NCBI RefSeq assembly: GCF_000315625.1
Contig: NW_005434655.1
Coordinates: 529,089-593,088 of the forward strand
Direction of reading: 5' to 3'
DNA length: 64,000 nt
Source of the DNA: Guillardia theta CCMP2712
Taxonomy: Eukaryota > Protista > Cryptophyta
Position 1 is the first letter of the stretch; the number at the start of each line of letters is the position of its first letter. The position numbers and the translations under genes are program-made. A model generated the notes under the pieces. It had not been told where the DNA came from. It saw only the letters and a program-made list of their open reading frames with translations, and did not search any database. Positions 26,060 through 38,939 of the stretch are shown here, in pieces.

Positions 26060-27430
26060 GACTTGAAACTCAACAAATGTAATCAGTGACCGTACCGTAC
26101 CGTCGCCGCCGTACTGAGTAACACACGGCGGCCCCGGGCCGGGCCGGGTGTGATACCGCGGCGCGACAGTGCCTGGCCTGGCCCCCGGAGTCACTCACTA
26201 CGGTACCCCGGCCAGCCTCGGAGTAACCATGAACCTTACAAGTTAGCCTAGTAGTACTAACTTCCGATGGTCAAGCACAGCGGCGACTCCGTGACCACGC
26301 CAGCTGAGTACGGTACGGTCACCGTAGTACGGTCACGGGTAGTGACACCGTGACCGTCGGTGACCGGGGCCCGGGCCGCCGGCGCGGCACACTGACAGCC
26401 GGGAGCACGGGGGTGGCCGCGGGCAGGGCCCGCGGGCCGGCCGCCCCGGCCGGGCGCCGGGCACCCGGCCGGACTTTTCAACTTGTAAAAATATTTTAAA
26501 GGTAATTTTTAGAAACATTGCGCTTAATAACTATTTTTAGCTCAAACATTGTTATCTCAAGCTCATCTCGCTGGAAAGATCCGACCTTGGCTCTGTTGGC
26601 AGAGGAACTTCTAGCGGGATAATTGCAAGAACTTTTCCGGAATTTGAGGGCCCCATCAAAACTGGAAGGTTCAGTTTTACATCAAAAGTTCAGACGTTTC
26701 GATGAACAATTTCGTAAAAGTCTACTATAAGTTCTATGTGCTTCACAGAGAATCACCCGGCGAGCTGCGACCCATAGTTTATAATAGTATTATATTCGAT
26801 CAAAGGTGGGTGGAGGGTGGGGTAGGTGATGGAGCGGAGTGGTAGGGTGGTTCAGAATGTATCAAAACTGAAAGGGTAGGGTGGGGTAGCGGTGTGGGTC
26901 GAACAATCTTTCATCCCGGGGGTTCAGCTTCTGTAAGGGCCTCAAGTACCCCTTCTATGACAGGAATATTCAAGGGTACTTTTGGGTCAATAGCTTGTTT
27001 CAGTGCAGAGGGTAGGGTTGAACTCGACTGGGGTAGAACTTCGCTGGATCAATAAAGATTGGGGTGGGTCCTTGATGGTGGAGGTCGCATAAAGGGTATA
27101 CCCATCAATCAACCCTGCCCATGGGGGGTAGGGGTACCCTAGTTTCGGTCGAGGGGGTGGTTTACACTTGAGATGGTCTCATGTGGGTGGCTGTCGGTCA
27201 GTCTGGTGGGGTGTGTAAACGAAGGGGTTCTTGATGTGGGGTGGGTCATCAAGAAGGACGGGTTGGATAGGAAAAAGGTGGGGTCCGCACGTTGTAATGC
27301 AGAGGGATTCGCTGATATTCGATGGGTAGGGTGGTAAAGAAACAGGGGGTAATTGAATGGAATTTGAAGTGAGGGGGTGGGGTTGCAAGGTAGGGGTGGA
27401 GTAATCAGGCGAGAATGATGGGGAAATGGT
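26060..27430. promoter_or_regulatory. Intergenic motif island D: GC module (~26085-26475), AT linker, GGGTA-rich tract (~26810-27400)
   Basis: Dense CCGTAC/GTACGG, CCGTGAC, GAGTCAC and GGCCGGG words, TTTTCAACTTG, then many GGGTA(G). Confidence 0.55.
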
Positions 27431-27906
27431 TTGGTGGGGAGTCCACAGCGTGGAGAACAGAAGACAAGAAGACTATGGGAGAGGAGCTGATAGATCATTG
27501 CTACGAACAAAGAAGCTTGTTGTGTGGCATGTAGTCTGGTGAATCTTTAGAGTGGAACAAAGATATGGAAACTTCTCCATCGTCGTAAGGGGTTGGAGTT
27601 AGTAGCTCATACATCATACACTCCAGGGTGTGATGATGTGTGATGATAGGCGAGGTAGCTCAGGTTTGATTACACCGGATGTCTTCATTTCATCTAAATA
27701 GTTTGTGTCATTTATGTGCAGAGCGCAAAGTGTTTGATATGATTGTGAGCCAAATACCATGTTACGGCTGCTCCATTGATGATTGACAGCTCCTCCTCCC
27801 TGTTACGCGAGCAGAATGCAATTCATCTTTCAATTGCTCATGTCTTTTTTTTAGATGAGGGTTCCTACCAGTTCTGGCGTATCGAGAGTGGTTGACTGCT
27901 CTCGAT

Positions 27907-29880
27907 ATGCAAACGACTTCAATCAAGGCTGATTGTGCTCAGGGATCCAACATGGACGAGGTTGAGCAGCGAGAAGCTGAAAGATCCTTTGCACATGGCC
28001 GAGCACAGCATCCCAGTCCCCCTTCATTAGTGATCATGCGACAGGCTGTCAAACGAGGCACATGGCTGCCGGGACTGAATGCTGTGCTGAACGGAAGCCC
28101 TTCTCAATGTGACTGGTGCATCTCACGCCTTGGCAATAGCAGCTTCGTTCGTCGTCGTCGTCGGAGCAGCAGTCCACTGTCTATGGAGGGGGGTATCAGG
28201 TCCAGCAAGATACAGCCGCGAGTTTTGGAGGGTGTAGGGTTATTGATTATTGCTTGTTTCCAAATGCTTTCTCAATTCTTCAAGAGTTATTGCTCTTCAA
28301 TTCTGATGATTGCTGTATTCCTATCCACTACATCGGCTGATAGTGGACTTCGAAGCTCTGAATCTAGATGTGAGCGCGGGGGGGTCCCCCATGTTTCTAG
28401 CGTGGTTGGAATGCACAGTCGAGGAAGATTGTACCCCTCTAATGATCCAAGAACGAGCAGGCTGAAAGAGTTGAATGTCGGTGACGACGCGAATTGCAGC
28501 TCATGGAAAGACATCAGGATGCAGTTCAACAGAGCGATGGCGCAGCTGCAGAGCAACGCGCATCAGCCCTCTGCTAAAGAAACAGCGAAAGAGCTCAACT
28601 GCTGGCTCATGCACCTACTGTCACAACCCGACGCCAATATGAACTCGCACGAACGGAAGGCTTTGCTCCTAAACTTGAAAAGAATCTCACAGCTGCAAAA
28701 AGAGAATCTGCGACTGAAGCTCGAGCATGCCACGAGGTCCGAAGCTCCTATTGTCAACAGCGCGAGTCAAAATTATCCTGTTCGGAAGGAGCTCGCGCCT
28801 TCGCAGAGGACAGATCGGTGTGTTGTGCAGACTGAGTTGTCAAAGCCCGGAGCCACAGTTCGCAGGAACAGCGCTGCTCAGAGCTACGCCTTTCATCGGC
28901 CAGGCGCGCGGTCGTCGGCACCGCAGGGCTCTGTGGGTACAGCACCCTCTCCTTTCCCTCCAGGGCAGCAAGTTTCACGCAATCAGATCTGCAACAAGTT
29001 AGGGGCGTCTAATGTCATCTGTGAACAGCGAGATGCCGGAGGTCAAAGTACTGGCACAAATGGGGAGCTGGGTGCAGCTTTGCGGCAGCTGGATCAGATG
29101 CGAGAGCTGAACCGCCAGCTGGCACATGAAGTGTCGGCACTTGTGAACGAAAACCTCCGCCTAAAGTCAGTGCTGCATCAGGTAAGAGAGTAGAAGGAAG
29201 GCCGTTATCGTCAAGACCTGACAGCTCGTTTCTCCAGGCTCAGTCGTCATTGCTTGAGGCAGCGGTTGCACAGGTTTCTCCTATGGAGGTCGCGGCGGAG
29301 AGAGCGGTACCAGATGTTGTGAAAGCAGCAGCAACCCTGCTCCACGACCGGAATGGTCCTGTGCTACAGGGTGGAACGGATCCACTCGAGAGGGGTTTAG
29401 TGATGGCGTCGGCTGCACTGTTGAAGCGCACTGGCCTGCACGTCGGGGACAGAGTCCAACTCAAGAGGAACTTGTCAAGAGATCGGCTGGGGACAAGCGT
29501 CAACTCTACTGGGGTGATGGGTCATGTGCTGCCTGCTGGTGGTCTGTTGACGCCTGCTGCAGGGGGCGTTTCTTGGTGTGCTGATCGGGGAGGCTGGGGA
29601 GGAGGATGCAACTGTTTACCTCCACATGGATGACAACCAGGTACGTCGATCAGCTGCGGTTGTCGTCTGGTGACGGCTGGTCAGGTCCGCCAGTTCAGCT
29701 TGTCGGAGATCGACCTCCCTCAACCGCCGGAGAGCACTACTCCAGCTGAGGTCAGTCGCACAGCACGGGGCCAGCAGTGTTAACTCTTGCGAACAGGGAG
29801 GGTCGGACGACCTGCTGGATTGCAAGGTGACAGAAAGCAACTCAGAGGAGCAGAGCACGTTGCAAGGTCCGCCGCTCTAG
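27907..29880 (+). CDS. Hypothetical protein: TM segment, coiled coils, possible SH3/KOW-like C-terminal module; multi-exon
   Basis: 433-codon first ORF with heptads (LQKENLRLKLE, LVNENLRLKSVL). Downstream exons join in frame through GT-AG introns to a TAG at 29878-29880. Confidence 0.65.
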
Positions 29881-30279
29881 CAGGACATGTGGATATGGCA
29901 ATGAAGGATCTTAGTGGGATATTAGCAAGGGTATGCAAGAGGAAAGAGGAGGGGGGGGGGCGGGAGGAGGAGGAGGAGGACGGATTCTCGGTTTTATTGT
30001 CAAAACTTCCGCTCTCCGTTGGCCGAGAAGCATGCGACTACATTGTAGCCGGGGTTCTCCGTTCGCTGGCCGGGGGCTCCGCGAGCGCTCGAGGCGTCCC
30101 TGGCAGGAAGGGGAGAGATTCAATGCCAGAGGCGCACGCGGAAGCATCAAAAGATTTATTGAAGAAAGCAGAGGGGAGGCGAGGTGGGCTAGAGCAGCAG
30201 AATGGTCTTACCCCTGGTTGCCCGACTTGGCAGCGTTGGCGGCAGCCTGTGCGGCTTTTGCCTCGAGCTCCATCTTCCT

Positions 30280-33200
30280 CTACTGCCTCGTCACTGCGAG
30301 GAGGAGGAGGAGGAGGAGGAGACTGACCTGGGGAGCTGAAGCTATCAGAGCATGAAGAGCTGCTTGTCTGTCCTGCGGCCAATCCGACATGGACTCCTGT
30401 ACCTGCAGCAGGAGGCGTCATGGGGGGCGGGGGGGAAAGAGCCTGGGGAGAGGAAACAGGAAAGAGAGGGGACGAGAGGGAGGGAGCGAGTTCGGCGTAC
30501 CTTAACCCCGAAATTTTGTTGGAACTGCATGAAGATCTCATGGAAGAACAAGACCTCGTCCACCTGCTGGTCGTTAACTCCTCCAGCAGCAGGCAAGGCG
30601 ATGACTTTACATCGTCGATGGGGGTGATGTACTCGTCGTCATCGTCCTCATCGTCGGGGAACAGATCCTCCCACGCGCATCCTCCCTCCCGAAAGTTGTA
30701 CAGCTTCATCAACACCTAGAGAGCAGGAAGAGGAGGAGGAAGTTAGGGCAGCAACTGTCATGGTACAGTCTCGCTCACTGAGTCCATATCCGCTCCTTCC
30801 TTGAACTCGTCCTCCTCGTCATCAACATCGAGCACGCCGTCATCCTGTCACGCCCTGTCACCCTCCTTCCATTCCCCTCCCCTTCCTCCTCCACGCACAT
30901 CGTCATCCTCCTCGTCATCGTCACCCTGTCGGTTCGCAATCTCCTCCTTGAGCTTCTTGTTGTTGGCAAGATCCTGCCGCAAGAAGTGAGCGACAGCTGC
31001 ACAGGGGGGAGGAGGAAGAGCGAGATAGCAGCAGGGAGAAGTGGGGAAGGGGGGGGGGGGGGGTAAAGGAGAGCAGCAGGAGAGGAGGAGAGGAGGAGAG
31101 GAGGGAGCAGCAGCAGTGGGAGGGAAGAAGGAGGGAGGAGAAGATGTGTTCACCTCCTGCAGCTCTAAGATCGCCCGGAGGATGTGCGAGAGGCCGCCCG
31201 ACACGGAGGGAGGCATATTGGGCACGGGGACCTTGAGGATTGACGTCAAGCCGAGGATGCAGACTTTCTGATCATGAAGCCCCTTGAAGTGACTCCTGCG
31301 ATCTTGGTCAGATCCTTACCGTCATCGACCCCCTGCCTCCTGCCTCCTGCCTCCTGCCTCCTGCCTCCTGCCTCCTGCCTCCTGCCTCCTGCCTCCTGCC
31401 TCCTGCCTCCTGCCTCCTGCCTCCTGCCTCCTGCCTCACTTGATCGGTCTTTCGTCCCCTTCCTTCTTTTCTTCCAAAGCTGAGATCGCCGAGAGCCTGG
31501 TGGAGGCCAAGTGAGTTGATGACGACATGGAGGAGAACGCGAAGGGAGACAGGTGACCGAGAGAAGTTCAGGGATAGACAAGGGGGGGGGGAGGGGGAGG
31601 AGGGGGGGAGGGGGACAAGAGTGTTCACCATGCATGGAACACGTTCACAATGGTCCCCTGCTGCTCCAACGCCGTTAAAGTTCCTTCTGCATTGTAGAAG
31701 AGACAATTGGCTATCATCTTGAACAATTCGGTGCGGCAATACGCTCTTGACGCAGGGTTGGACAGCAATCTGACACAATCACGGTTAGCATGAGTCCTGA
31801 GTGGCAGGGGAAGAAAGAGAGACCAAGGGAGAGGAACAAAGAGTTGGCGCAAGGGAGAGGAGGAAGGAGAACGGGGTTCGAAGATGAGGAGGCAGGGTAG
31901 AGGATGAGAACGAGAGTGAGGAGAGAGAAGGAGCAGGGAAGGAGAGGAGGAGGAGGAGGAGGAGAGACAGGAGGGGAGACAGGAGGGGAGGAGAGTGGAC
32001 CTCTGGCAGCTGAGCTGGAGCAGAGGAGGGATGTAGGAGTCGATGGCTCCCTTGCAGTTGAGGATGAGGCTCTCAGAAAGCTTGCAGGCCTCGACGAGGT
32101 CACGCTCCGACGAGTCCTCGTGCTGCATAACCTTGTCGATCATGCGGTAGACCGTCAGCGGGTGCTCCGGGTTGGAGAGAAAGACGGTGGTGCTCCTGGA
32201 GATGTAGTTGTCGAGGGGGAGGTTGATGTTGGAGAGGTAGTCGAAGGCCCAGTCGAAGAAGGACTTGGTGAGGAGGGGGAAGAGGGACCAGACGCCCTCG
32301 GAGATGGTGGGGCTGTAGTAGGTCAGGTAAGTCAGGATCTCAAGGAACTCTTCCATGAACTCCATGTACACGTAGTCCCCCGTCGAGTCGGGCGACAGCA
32401 CCTTGGCAAGCAGGGGCACCAGGTTGGGCTCGAGCGAGTGGTACAGCTCGGGAGTTTTCTTGATGGAGTCGAGCAGGGTCTTGATCGCCGAGCAGCACTG
32501 GGACGCAGCGATCGCCGCGTCGTCCTCCCCCTCCCCCTCCGACGACGTAAGGCGGAGGAAGTGCTCCGAGAGCCTCTGGCAGAGCTGTTGCGCGTAGGGG
32601 GCCATCTCGTCCTCGAAGCACTCGATGAGGATCTCGAGGCTTGCTATCAGCTCGTCGCTCCCCACCTCGTCGATGAGGCCGAACAGCTTGTCCAGCAGCT
32701 GCGGCAGGAACCCTGAGAGCAGCGGCAGGACTCCCGTCCTCGCTGCCCCCTCGTCCATGTCGTAGATGAAGAGCCTCAGCGCGATGGCTGCCTGGAAGCG
32801 GACCGGAAGCTCAGCGTCCTGTAGCATGTTGATGATCTCCCCCAGCACACTTTGGAAGCAGCTCGGGTCCTTGAGGATCGTGTCCACGTACTGCGAGAGC
32901 GTCCAGGCAGCTCGGCTCCTCAGGTGCCCCTTGCTGGACTTCAGCTCGGGGATCGCGTACTTGACCAGCATGTCCCTCACGTGCCCCTCATACTGCGCCG
33001 CCATCTTCTGCTCCTGCAAGGCCCCGGCCAGCGATCCGATGCAGTACAGGGCCCCGTCCTTGAGCCGCGCGTTCCCTCCACCCTCAGCGTAGCTCTTCAT
33101 GTGGCTGATGCAGAACTCGATGGTGGGGATGAGCGTCGTCTTGGTCCTCTTCTTGCAGAGGTTCACGACGAGCGAACAAGCGACGGAGCGCTGGCTGGAG

Positions 33201-34866
33201 TAGTCCTCCAGGAAGTCATACGTCTTGCGGATGAACTCCTGAGGGTCGCTCGTCCAGAGCTCCTCGTCCTCCTCGTCGAAGCAAATCATGGGGAACAGCA
33301 CGTGCGAGATCAGCGCCATGCAGTTGGGCTTGAGGAGCTTCCAGGTGATGGCCAGCGTAATGGCGATGTCGATGAAGTGAAGGCCCTCGACCACCAGCGA
33401 CTCGGGGAGGAAGACGCCGTCCGCCTTCTTCGCCAGCAGCTGCATGAAGAGCTGCAGGAAGCGGTTTGCAAGCTCGTTGTGGAACGCCTGCGACAGCTGG
33501 ACTTCCCCAGCTCTGTTCGCCCCGAACTGCTTCTCAGCTACCTTGGGGCTGCCGTACTTCTCGAAGAGCCGATGGAGGATCTTGGCTGACCATCTCTTGC
33601 ACTTCCAGAACACGAGCTTGTTCAGCTCATCCTTGTCAGCGTTGGGTCCTCCCTGAGCCTGCGGGGGGACCGGGGCCTCGATCACCCGGTACAGCAGCGA
33701 CATCCACTCGACGAACCGACCGTAGTCTTGGAGGTAGAGGGGCACAGACTGGTGGACGCACGACCACAGGGACTTGATGATCACCTTCTGCATCTCCGCC
33801 GTCTTCTCATCCCCAGCATGTGACGACAGCGTCGCCTCCATGAGCGCTGGCAGCCGGGGAAAGGCCTTGGACATGATCTCGTTCAGCGGCTGCTCGCGCT
33901 TGTCGTGTGCCTTATATTCGTAGTTCTTCGTCAGCACCCTGAGGGCATAGAGGGCGCCCAGGATGTGCTCGGGAGGGATGGCGGGGTCAAGTCTTGCGGT
34001 GACCTCGTCCAAGAAGTTTGGCATCTTCTCGGGAAAGTCGTTGGACGCGATTCTCCTCAAGCTCTCGGTGATGACACCTCTGCAGGACAGTGAGGAGACA
34101 CCAAGAGGAGAAGAGAGGAGAGGGAAGGAGGGTACACAGCACGGCATGACCGGGCGAGGCGAGGTCGGAGGGAAGGAGCGGAAGGAGAGAAGAAGTGGAG
34201 GGCAAGTGGAGGAAGAGAGTAGAAAGGGGCATGCAGCTCTACCTGCACCGATGATCTGCCATCACGATCGCTTCTAGAATATTCTGACGGATGAAGTTCC
34301 TTTCATCGTCTGGGATCACCCAATTGCAGCCCTGCAAGAATGCGCAAGATCAAAGACGAGCAAGGGGAAGGAGCAGCCTCCTCCTCCCCCTCCTCCTCCC
34401 CCTCCTCCCTCCTCCTCCCCCTCCCTCCTCCTCCTCCCCCTCCTCCTCCTCCTCCTCTTCCCCCCTCCTCCCCCCCTCACCTGCTCCTCCGTGGGTGTCG
34501 TCCTGTCCCAGTGCTTGTTGACCTGCGGCTTCTTCAGCGCTAAGAGATCGACACACACCCGCTCCCCCCTCCCTCCTTTGCAGCCCTGGGACGTACCAGG
34601 TTCTTGAAGTAGATGATCCCCGCCTGCTTGATCTCGATGGAGACCTCGTTGCTGTTCACCACTCGAAACAAGGATGAGATGTACCCCGGGGTCCCCTCAA
34701 AGTTCTGCCCAGGCACAAGAGTCAACGCGGACCTCTACCAACAGAACTACAGGTTTGGAATGAGTGGGGGAGGGGATACCTTCAACAACGCTTCCGCAGC
34801 CTCCCTCTCCTTCTGGTTCGGACTCAGGGTGGCGGCAAGCGCTGAGTAAATGGCCTGAAGATCCAT
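30280..34866 (-). CDS. IPO7: Importin-7/8 family (Nmd5/Sxm1/SAD2) nuclear transport receptor; multi-exon
   Basis: IBN_N start MDLQAIYSALAATLSPNQKEREAAEALLK..IKQAGIIYFKNLV, FWKCKRWSAKILHRLFEKYGSP, ELWTSDPQEFIRK, GHLRSRAAW, and an acidic C-terminus. Confidence 0.93.
31332..31437. repeat. Intronic heptamer tandem repeat (CCTGCCT)n
   Basis: Direct reading. Confidence 0.95.
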
Positions 34867-35279
34867 CTCCGCTCCTTCCTTTGAGAGGCTCTCCTGCAGC
34901 AACCCACGTCATCCGTGACATAAACATACTTCGGCGACATTTCGCAAAGTGACAGCGGTAACAGTGTTGTGTGCTCAACGGGAACAACAACAGCACGCAA
35001 TTCCACACATCTGTCTCACTTCAATTCTCCTGTCCTCCTAGCTGACTCAGTTTTCATGCTCAGATCCTCGTCATGGTCTTCATTCACTACTACTTAGCCT
35101 AGTCCTCAATCCAGCTCAACGATTCTTCTTCACTGACAAGATCAACCGTGACTGATGGAGTTCTTCCTCCTCGTTGAAGACTCTCCTCTCATTCAATCAG
35201 CTCTTCCTCCTCCTTCCTGCTCCCTCCATCCCGCCCTCCCGCCCTCCCGCCCCACACCGCAAGTCCTCATAGTCTTGTG

Positions 35280-36050
35280 CATGTACCCAAGACCGGCAAG
35301 GGGATCAGCATTGGATGGGGTGAGGGTAGTACCTCTGTGGGACTAATCCATGGGGGTGGGGTAGTCTATTTCAAAGGGGTGATCGTCAAAACTTTGTGTG
35401 AAAAGTAGGGGTAAAATCAAAGAAAATGAGGGGTAGTGAAAAAGATTCAGGGGTGATAAAGGATAGTGGGTGGGTATGTTAGTGGGTACAGATACGCGAA
35501 CTACCCCCCTTTCCGTAAGGTTTACCATAGTGGTGGGGTGATAATACAGGCTGAGAGGGGGGTGGTAGGATGGGGGTGAGGGGTGCACGTGAAGAATATC
35601 ATTTTACTTATCGAGTTGCATTTCCAGTCTGCCTCAGCATCTTGGATTCTCAAATTATGAAGACAGCAATATTCAAATACGCGACACTCATTGAATGAAA
35701 CTTCCCTGTCTACCTCCGACATGACGGCGGCGCGGGCCCGTTGGCTTTCCGTCACCTTGAACAAGTCACTCCACCGTCATCACCGTGACCGCCGGCTCCG
35801 TGAGGGCCCAATGAGTCAGTAATAGTCACACTCTGAGTGAAGTCACAGTGATCGGACGGGCCCGTCCGTCACTGACTCAGTGAGAGTCACAGTCCGGAGC
35901 TCGCACTGTCACGGCGCCAGGGCCGCTTGAGTCAGTGAAAACCGCCGGCAACTTGAAAGTTTACTCAGTGACGGTACTACGGCGGCAAGTTTTGAAGACT
36001 TGTTGCTGACTGAGCCTCGGAGCTCCAGCGGCACCGATCTTGAGGCAGCG
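35280..36050. promoter_or_regulatory. Intergenic motif island E: GGGTA-rich tract (~35320-35580), AT linker, GC/GAGTCA palindromic module (~35720-36050)
   Basis: Same vocabulary as the other islands, in mirror orientation towards the - strand importin start. Confidence 0.55.
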
Positions 36051-36064
36051 GACTCTCCGATGGC

Positions 36065-38939
36065 TCATGCATGAGCTCTGTTGATATTTCTATCGATGAC
36101 TCGGAGGCTCCCGTTGGCTCCTAGATCCACAGCAGATGCCGAGAACCTTCTGGCATGGAACGCATTCTTGCTGGAGACTCTGCTGGTCTCGCTTCCTCCG
36201 TTCACCCTACCAACCGTCGCTCTCCTTTGGCTGCCATTCACCTTCATGTCCACCTCTTGCGTCAGGAACTCGTCGAAGCTGTTCGCTCGCTTCAGGGCAT
36301 CCACCAGCACCAAACCTGCTCAGCTCGCCTCACTCCGACAGCCCCCGCAAGCTTGTCAACACACCTGGCATGACAGCTCGGGTCGCCGGTGGAGCAACGG
36401 CCCCGTACTTACCAACATGATGATACCGACTTGACCCATCGGCCATTGACACTGTGACTCGCTCCCTCTCATCTCTCCCGTCTCCTGCATGCTCCTTCTT
36501 GTCCTTGGGGCGGCTCTTCGATGCCTGCATCGACCCGTTCATCCCTCCCAGCAAGTAGTCGAGCACTTGGTTGGGGTCGTCGCCCTGTAGGACAAGTGAG
36601 GACAGCAGCCAAGAGTCCACGAGAGGAGGAGGACGTGGAGGATGGAGACAAACTGATGCAGGAGCTTACTCTCAGGTATTTCATCGATGGGACGCGCTTG
36701 ACTCTCTGCACCTTGCCGTTGCTGCCCCCTTGCTTCTGACCTTCACTTGTCGACTCGTCTGCATCAAATCCCCATCAACTCTCACATCCGCAGGACTTCC
36801 TCTCCTCACCTGAGCCTCCAGCTGGTCTCTCGAGCGAAGAGAGCCGGCAGATCATCGTCTTGATGTCGTTCACTGAGTGCTCGAGACGGTCCAGGCGAGT
36901 CTGCGTGTCCTCCATGTGCTCGCCGACCCGCATGAACTCTTCCCGAGAGATCTTCCCGTCCCCGTCCACGTCCATCTTGTCGAGCACGTAGTTCATCTTG
37001 AATTCAGGGATTCCCAATTCCGAGAGCGCAATCCTCGCTTCGTCGAGGTCCAGCACTCCGTCTCGGTTCACGTCTTGGGCATAGAACACTTCTGAGAGCA
37101 TGGCAGTTCCTTTCGACGAGAAGCCCCAGGAGTTGATGATTCTTGCGCTGTTCTCAGCAATGAGCTCCAGTCGCTTCAGCGTCAGCATAATCGCCAGCGT
37201 CTCGTAGCTCTGAGTCTCATGCATCGCGTTGGCCAGCACTCTCTGGGAGTATCGCTTCAGTTCCTCTCGCATGATCTCTTGGAACTGATCGCTGCCAAAC
37301 TCCTTCTGCGTGTTGCACAGCCTGCCATTCTCCGTCAGGACCTCGAAGTCTTCCTCGAGGATGTGAATCGGCGAAGATGTCGGCAGCTTCTTGAGCCCTT
37401 TCTGAAACTCCTCGTAGTTGAGGCCTCCCGACCCGTCCGAGTCAAGTCGCTCGTACGTCTCGCTGATCCTCGACGTCAGGTCCTTCTCCGACACGAAGTG
37501 AGACAAGTGAGCTGTGAGCGGATCTAAAACTCCGCACGCCCTCCTTGCCTTCTTCTTCCTGTCCTCCTCCTCCGCCTTTTCCGTCTGGATGGCTTCTTTT
37601 CCTGCTTGGAGCGAGGAGATGAACTCATCCAGCAGAACCGCCACCACCACGTTGATCAAGAAGACGCCAGCCAGCAGAGCGTAGGAAACAAAGAAAGTCG
37701 CCACCCACATATCTCGGCTCGTTGTAACAGTCCCATCATCAAGCAGCGAACGCGAGACTGCAGAAGCCCAGCTGTAAGAGAAAGTCAGCAAGAGGTTGTT
37801 GAGGGCGAGGGCAAAGGAGCAGCCAGTACCTGTCCCCTGTCATCACTTGAATCATCTGCCACACGTGATTCAATCATCAAACATTCCATTCCCAAGCACG
37901 CCATAGAGCGACGTACCGTGAAGAGAGAGGAGGTAAAGTTGCCGAAGTACTCAGGGCTCCTTTCGTGGAAGAGGTGAGTGCCAAGAGCAGACCAGATGGA
38001 AGTCACGAGGAGCAGGATGGCCATGCTGTTTGCAACAGGAATCAGCGCAGAGATCAGCGCTGTGATGATGCGGTTCAAGGAACGAAACTTGCGAAACAAG
38101 CGAGCCACGCGGAAGACTCGTATGAGTCGAAGAGGTTGCAGTGAGGGAAGTCCAGGGGCGAACACGACGGTCAGAGAGACTGTCACAATCACAAGATCTA
38201 GAATGTTCCATGCATCCTGGTAGAAAGCTTTGAAGAAGTGGGCTGACCGTGAAAACAAGTTGACGGCAAGCTCGAAAGTGAAAATGCTGGTGAAGACAAT
38301 GTCCAACAAGTCGAACATCGCAGCAGCACTCGTGCCATCGGCAGGCAGCACTTGCGCCTCCCACACGTCAATTGCAAAGCAGGCAATGAGAACTGTGGCA
38401 AAGAAGGTCTGGCTATGCATGGACTCATAGAGCCTCAAGACTTTTGCTCTGAAACGAGACAGCTGGCTGCCGGCGTACTCGATTTCTCTTCTTGCTTTCT
38501 CTTGTACGATCTTTGCAGCCTGACACTGCTTCTGAAGATCGTTGAGCCACATGTCAAATTCTTCTGGATCTGGACGGCAAACGTAGGTTCTTCCGCTGTT
38601 GTGACCATCCTTGGTGGTCTGGATGATGAGCGCTTTTTTCACCGTGTCGTCCCCCTTCTCCAGCGTCGACTCCGTCAGGATATCAGCGATCTCGTGCAGA
38701 GGGATCTCATCAGATACGATCTTCGAGTCCTGCTTTGCGAAAAAGAGCGTGTCCGCTGTCAGCACCGCCTTCACCTTGTGCCAGGTGATCGTCGATGACA
38801 CTCGCTTCCTATCGAGAAACCCGAACCGCAGAAGACCATCTACCGGGAGCTCGAGCCCGCTCTTCTCTTGTACTGGCGCAGAATATAGATCCGGCTGATT
38901 CGACTTGTGCAAGCTCTGAAGGATGATGGCAGCGGCCAT
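36065..38939 (-). CDS. Single-domain (1x6TM) voltage-gated cation channel with N-terminal PH domain and C-terminal EF hands
   Basis: PH-like FGFLDRK..WHKVKAVLTADTLFF..FDMWLNDLQ. S4 LRLIRVFRVARLFRKFRSL. Spliced pore FGNFTSSLFT|MIQVMTGD|SWASAVSR. S6 FLINVVVAVLLDEF. EF loops DSDGSGGLNYEEF, DVNRDGVLDLDEA and DVDGDGKISREEF. Confidence 0.9.

Noticed and set aside
29933-30355. Apparent antisense CDS overlap between the 27907 gene and the importin 3' end
   Set aside because: In-frame splicing ends the + gene at TAG 29878-29880. The poly-Arg ORF is the antisense of a CTC repeat.
31904-33589. Long + strand ORFs (270 and 245 aa) opposite importin
   Set aside because: Antisense shadows of a high-GC3 coding exon.
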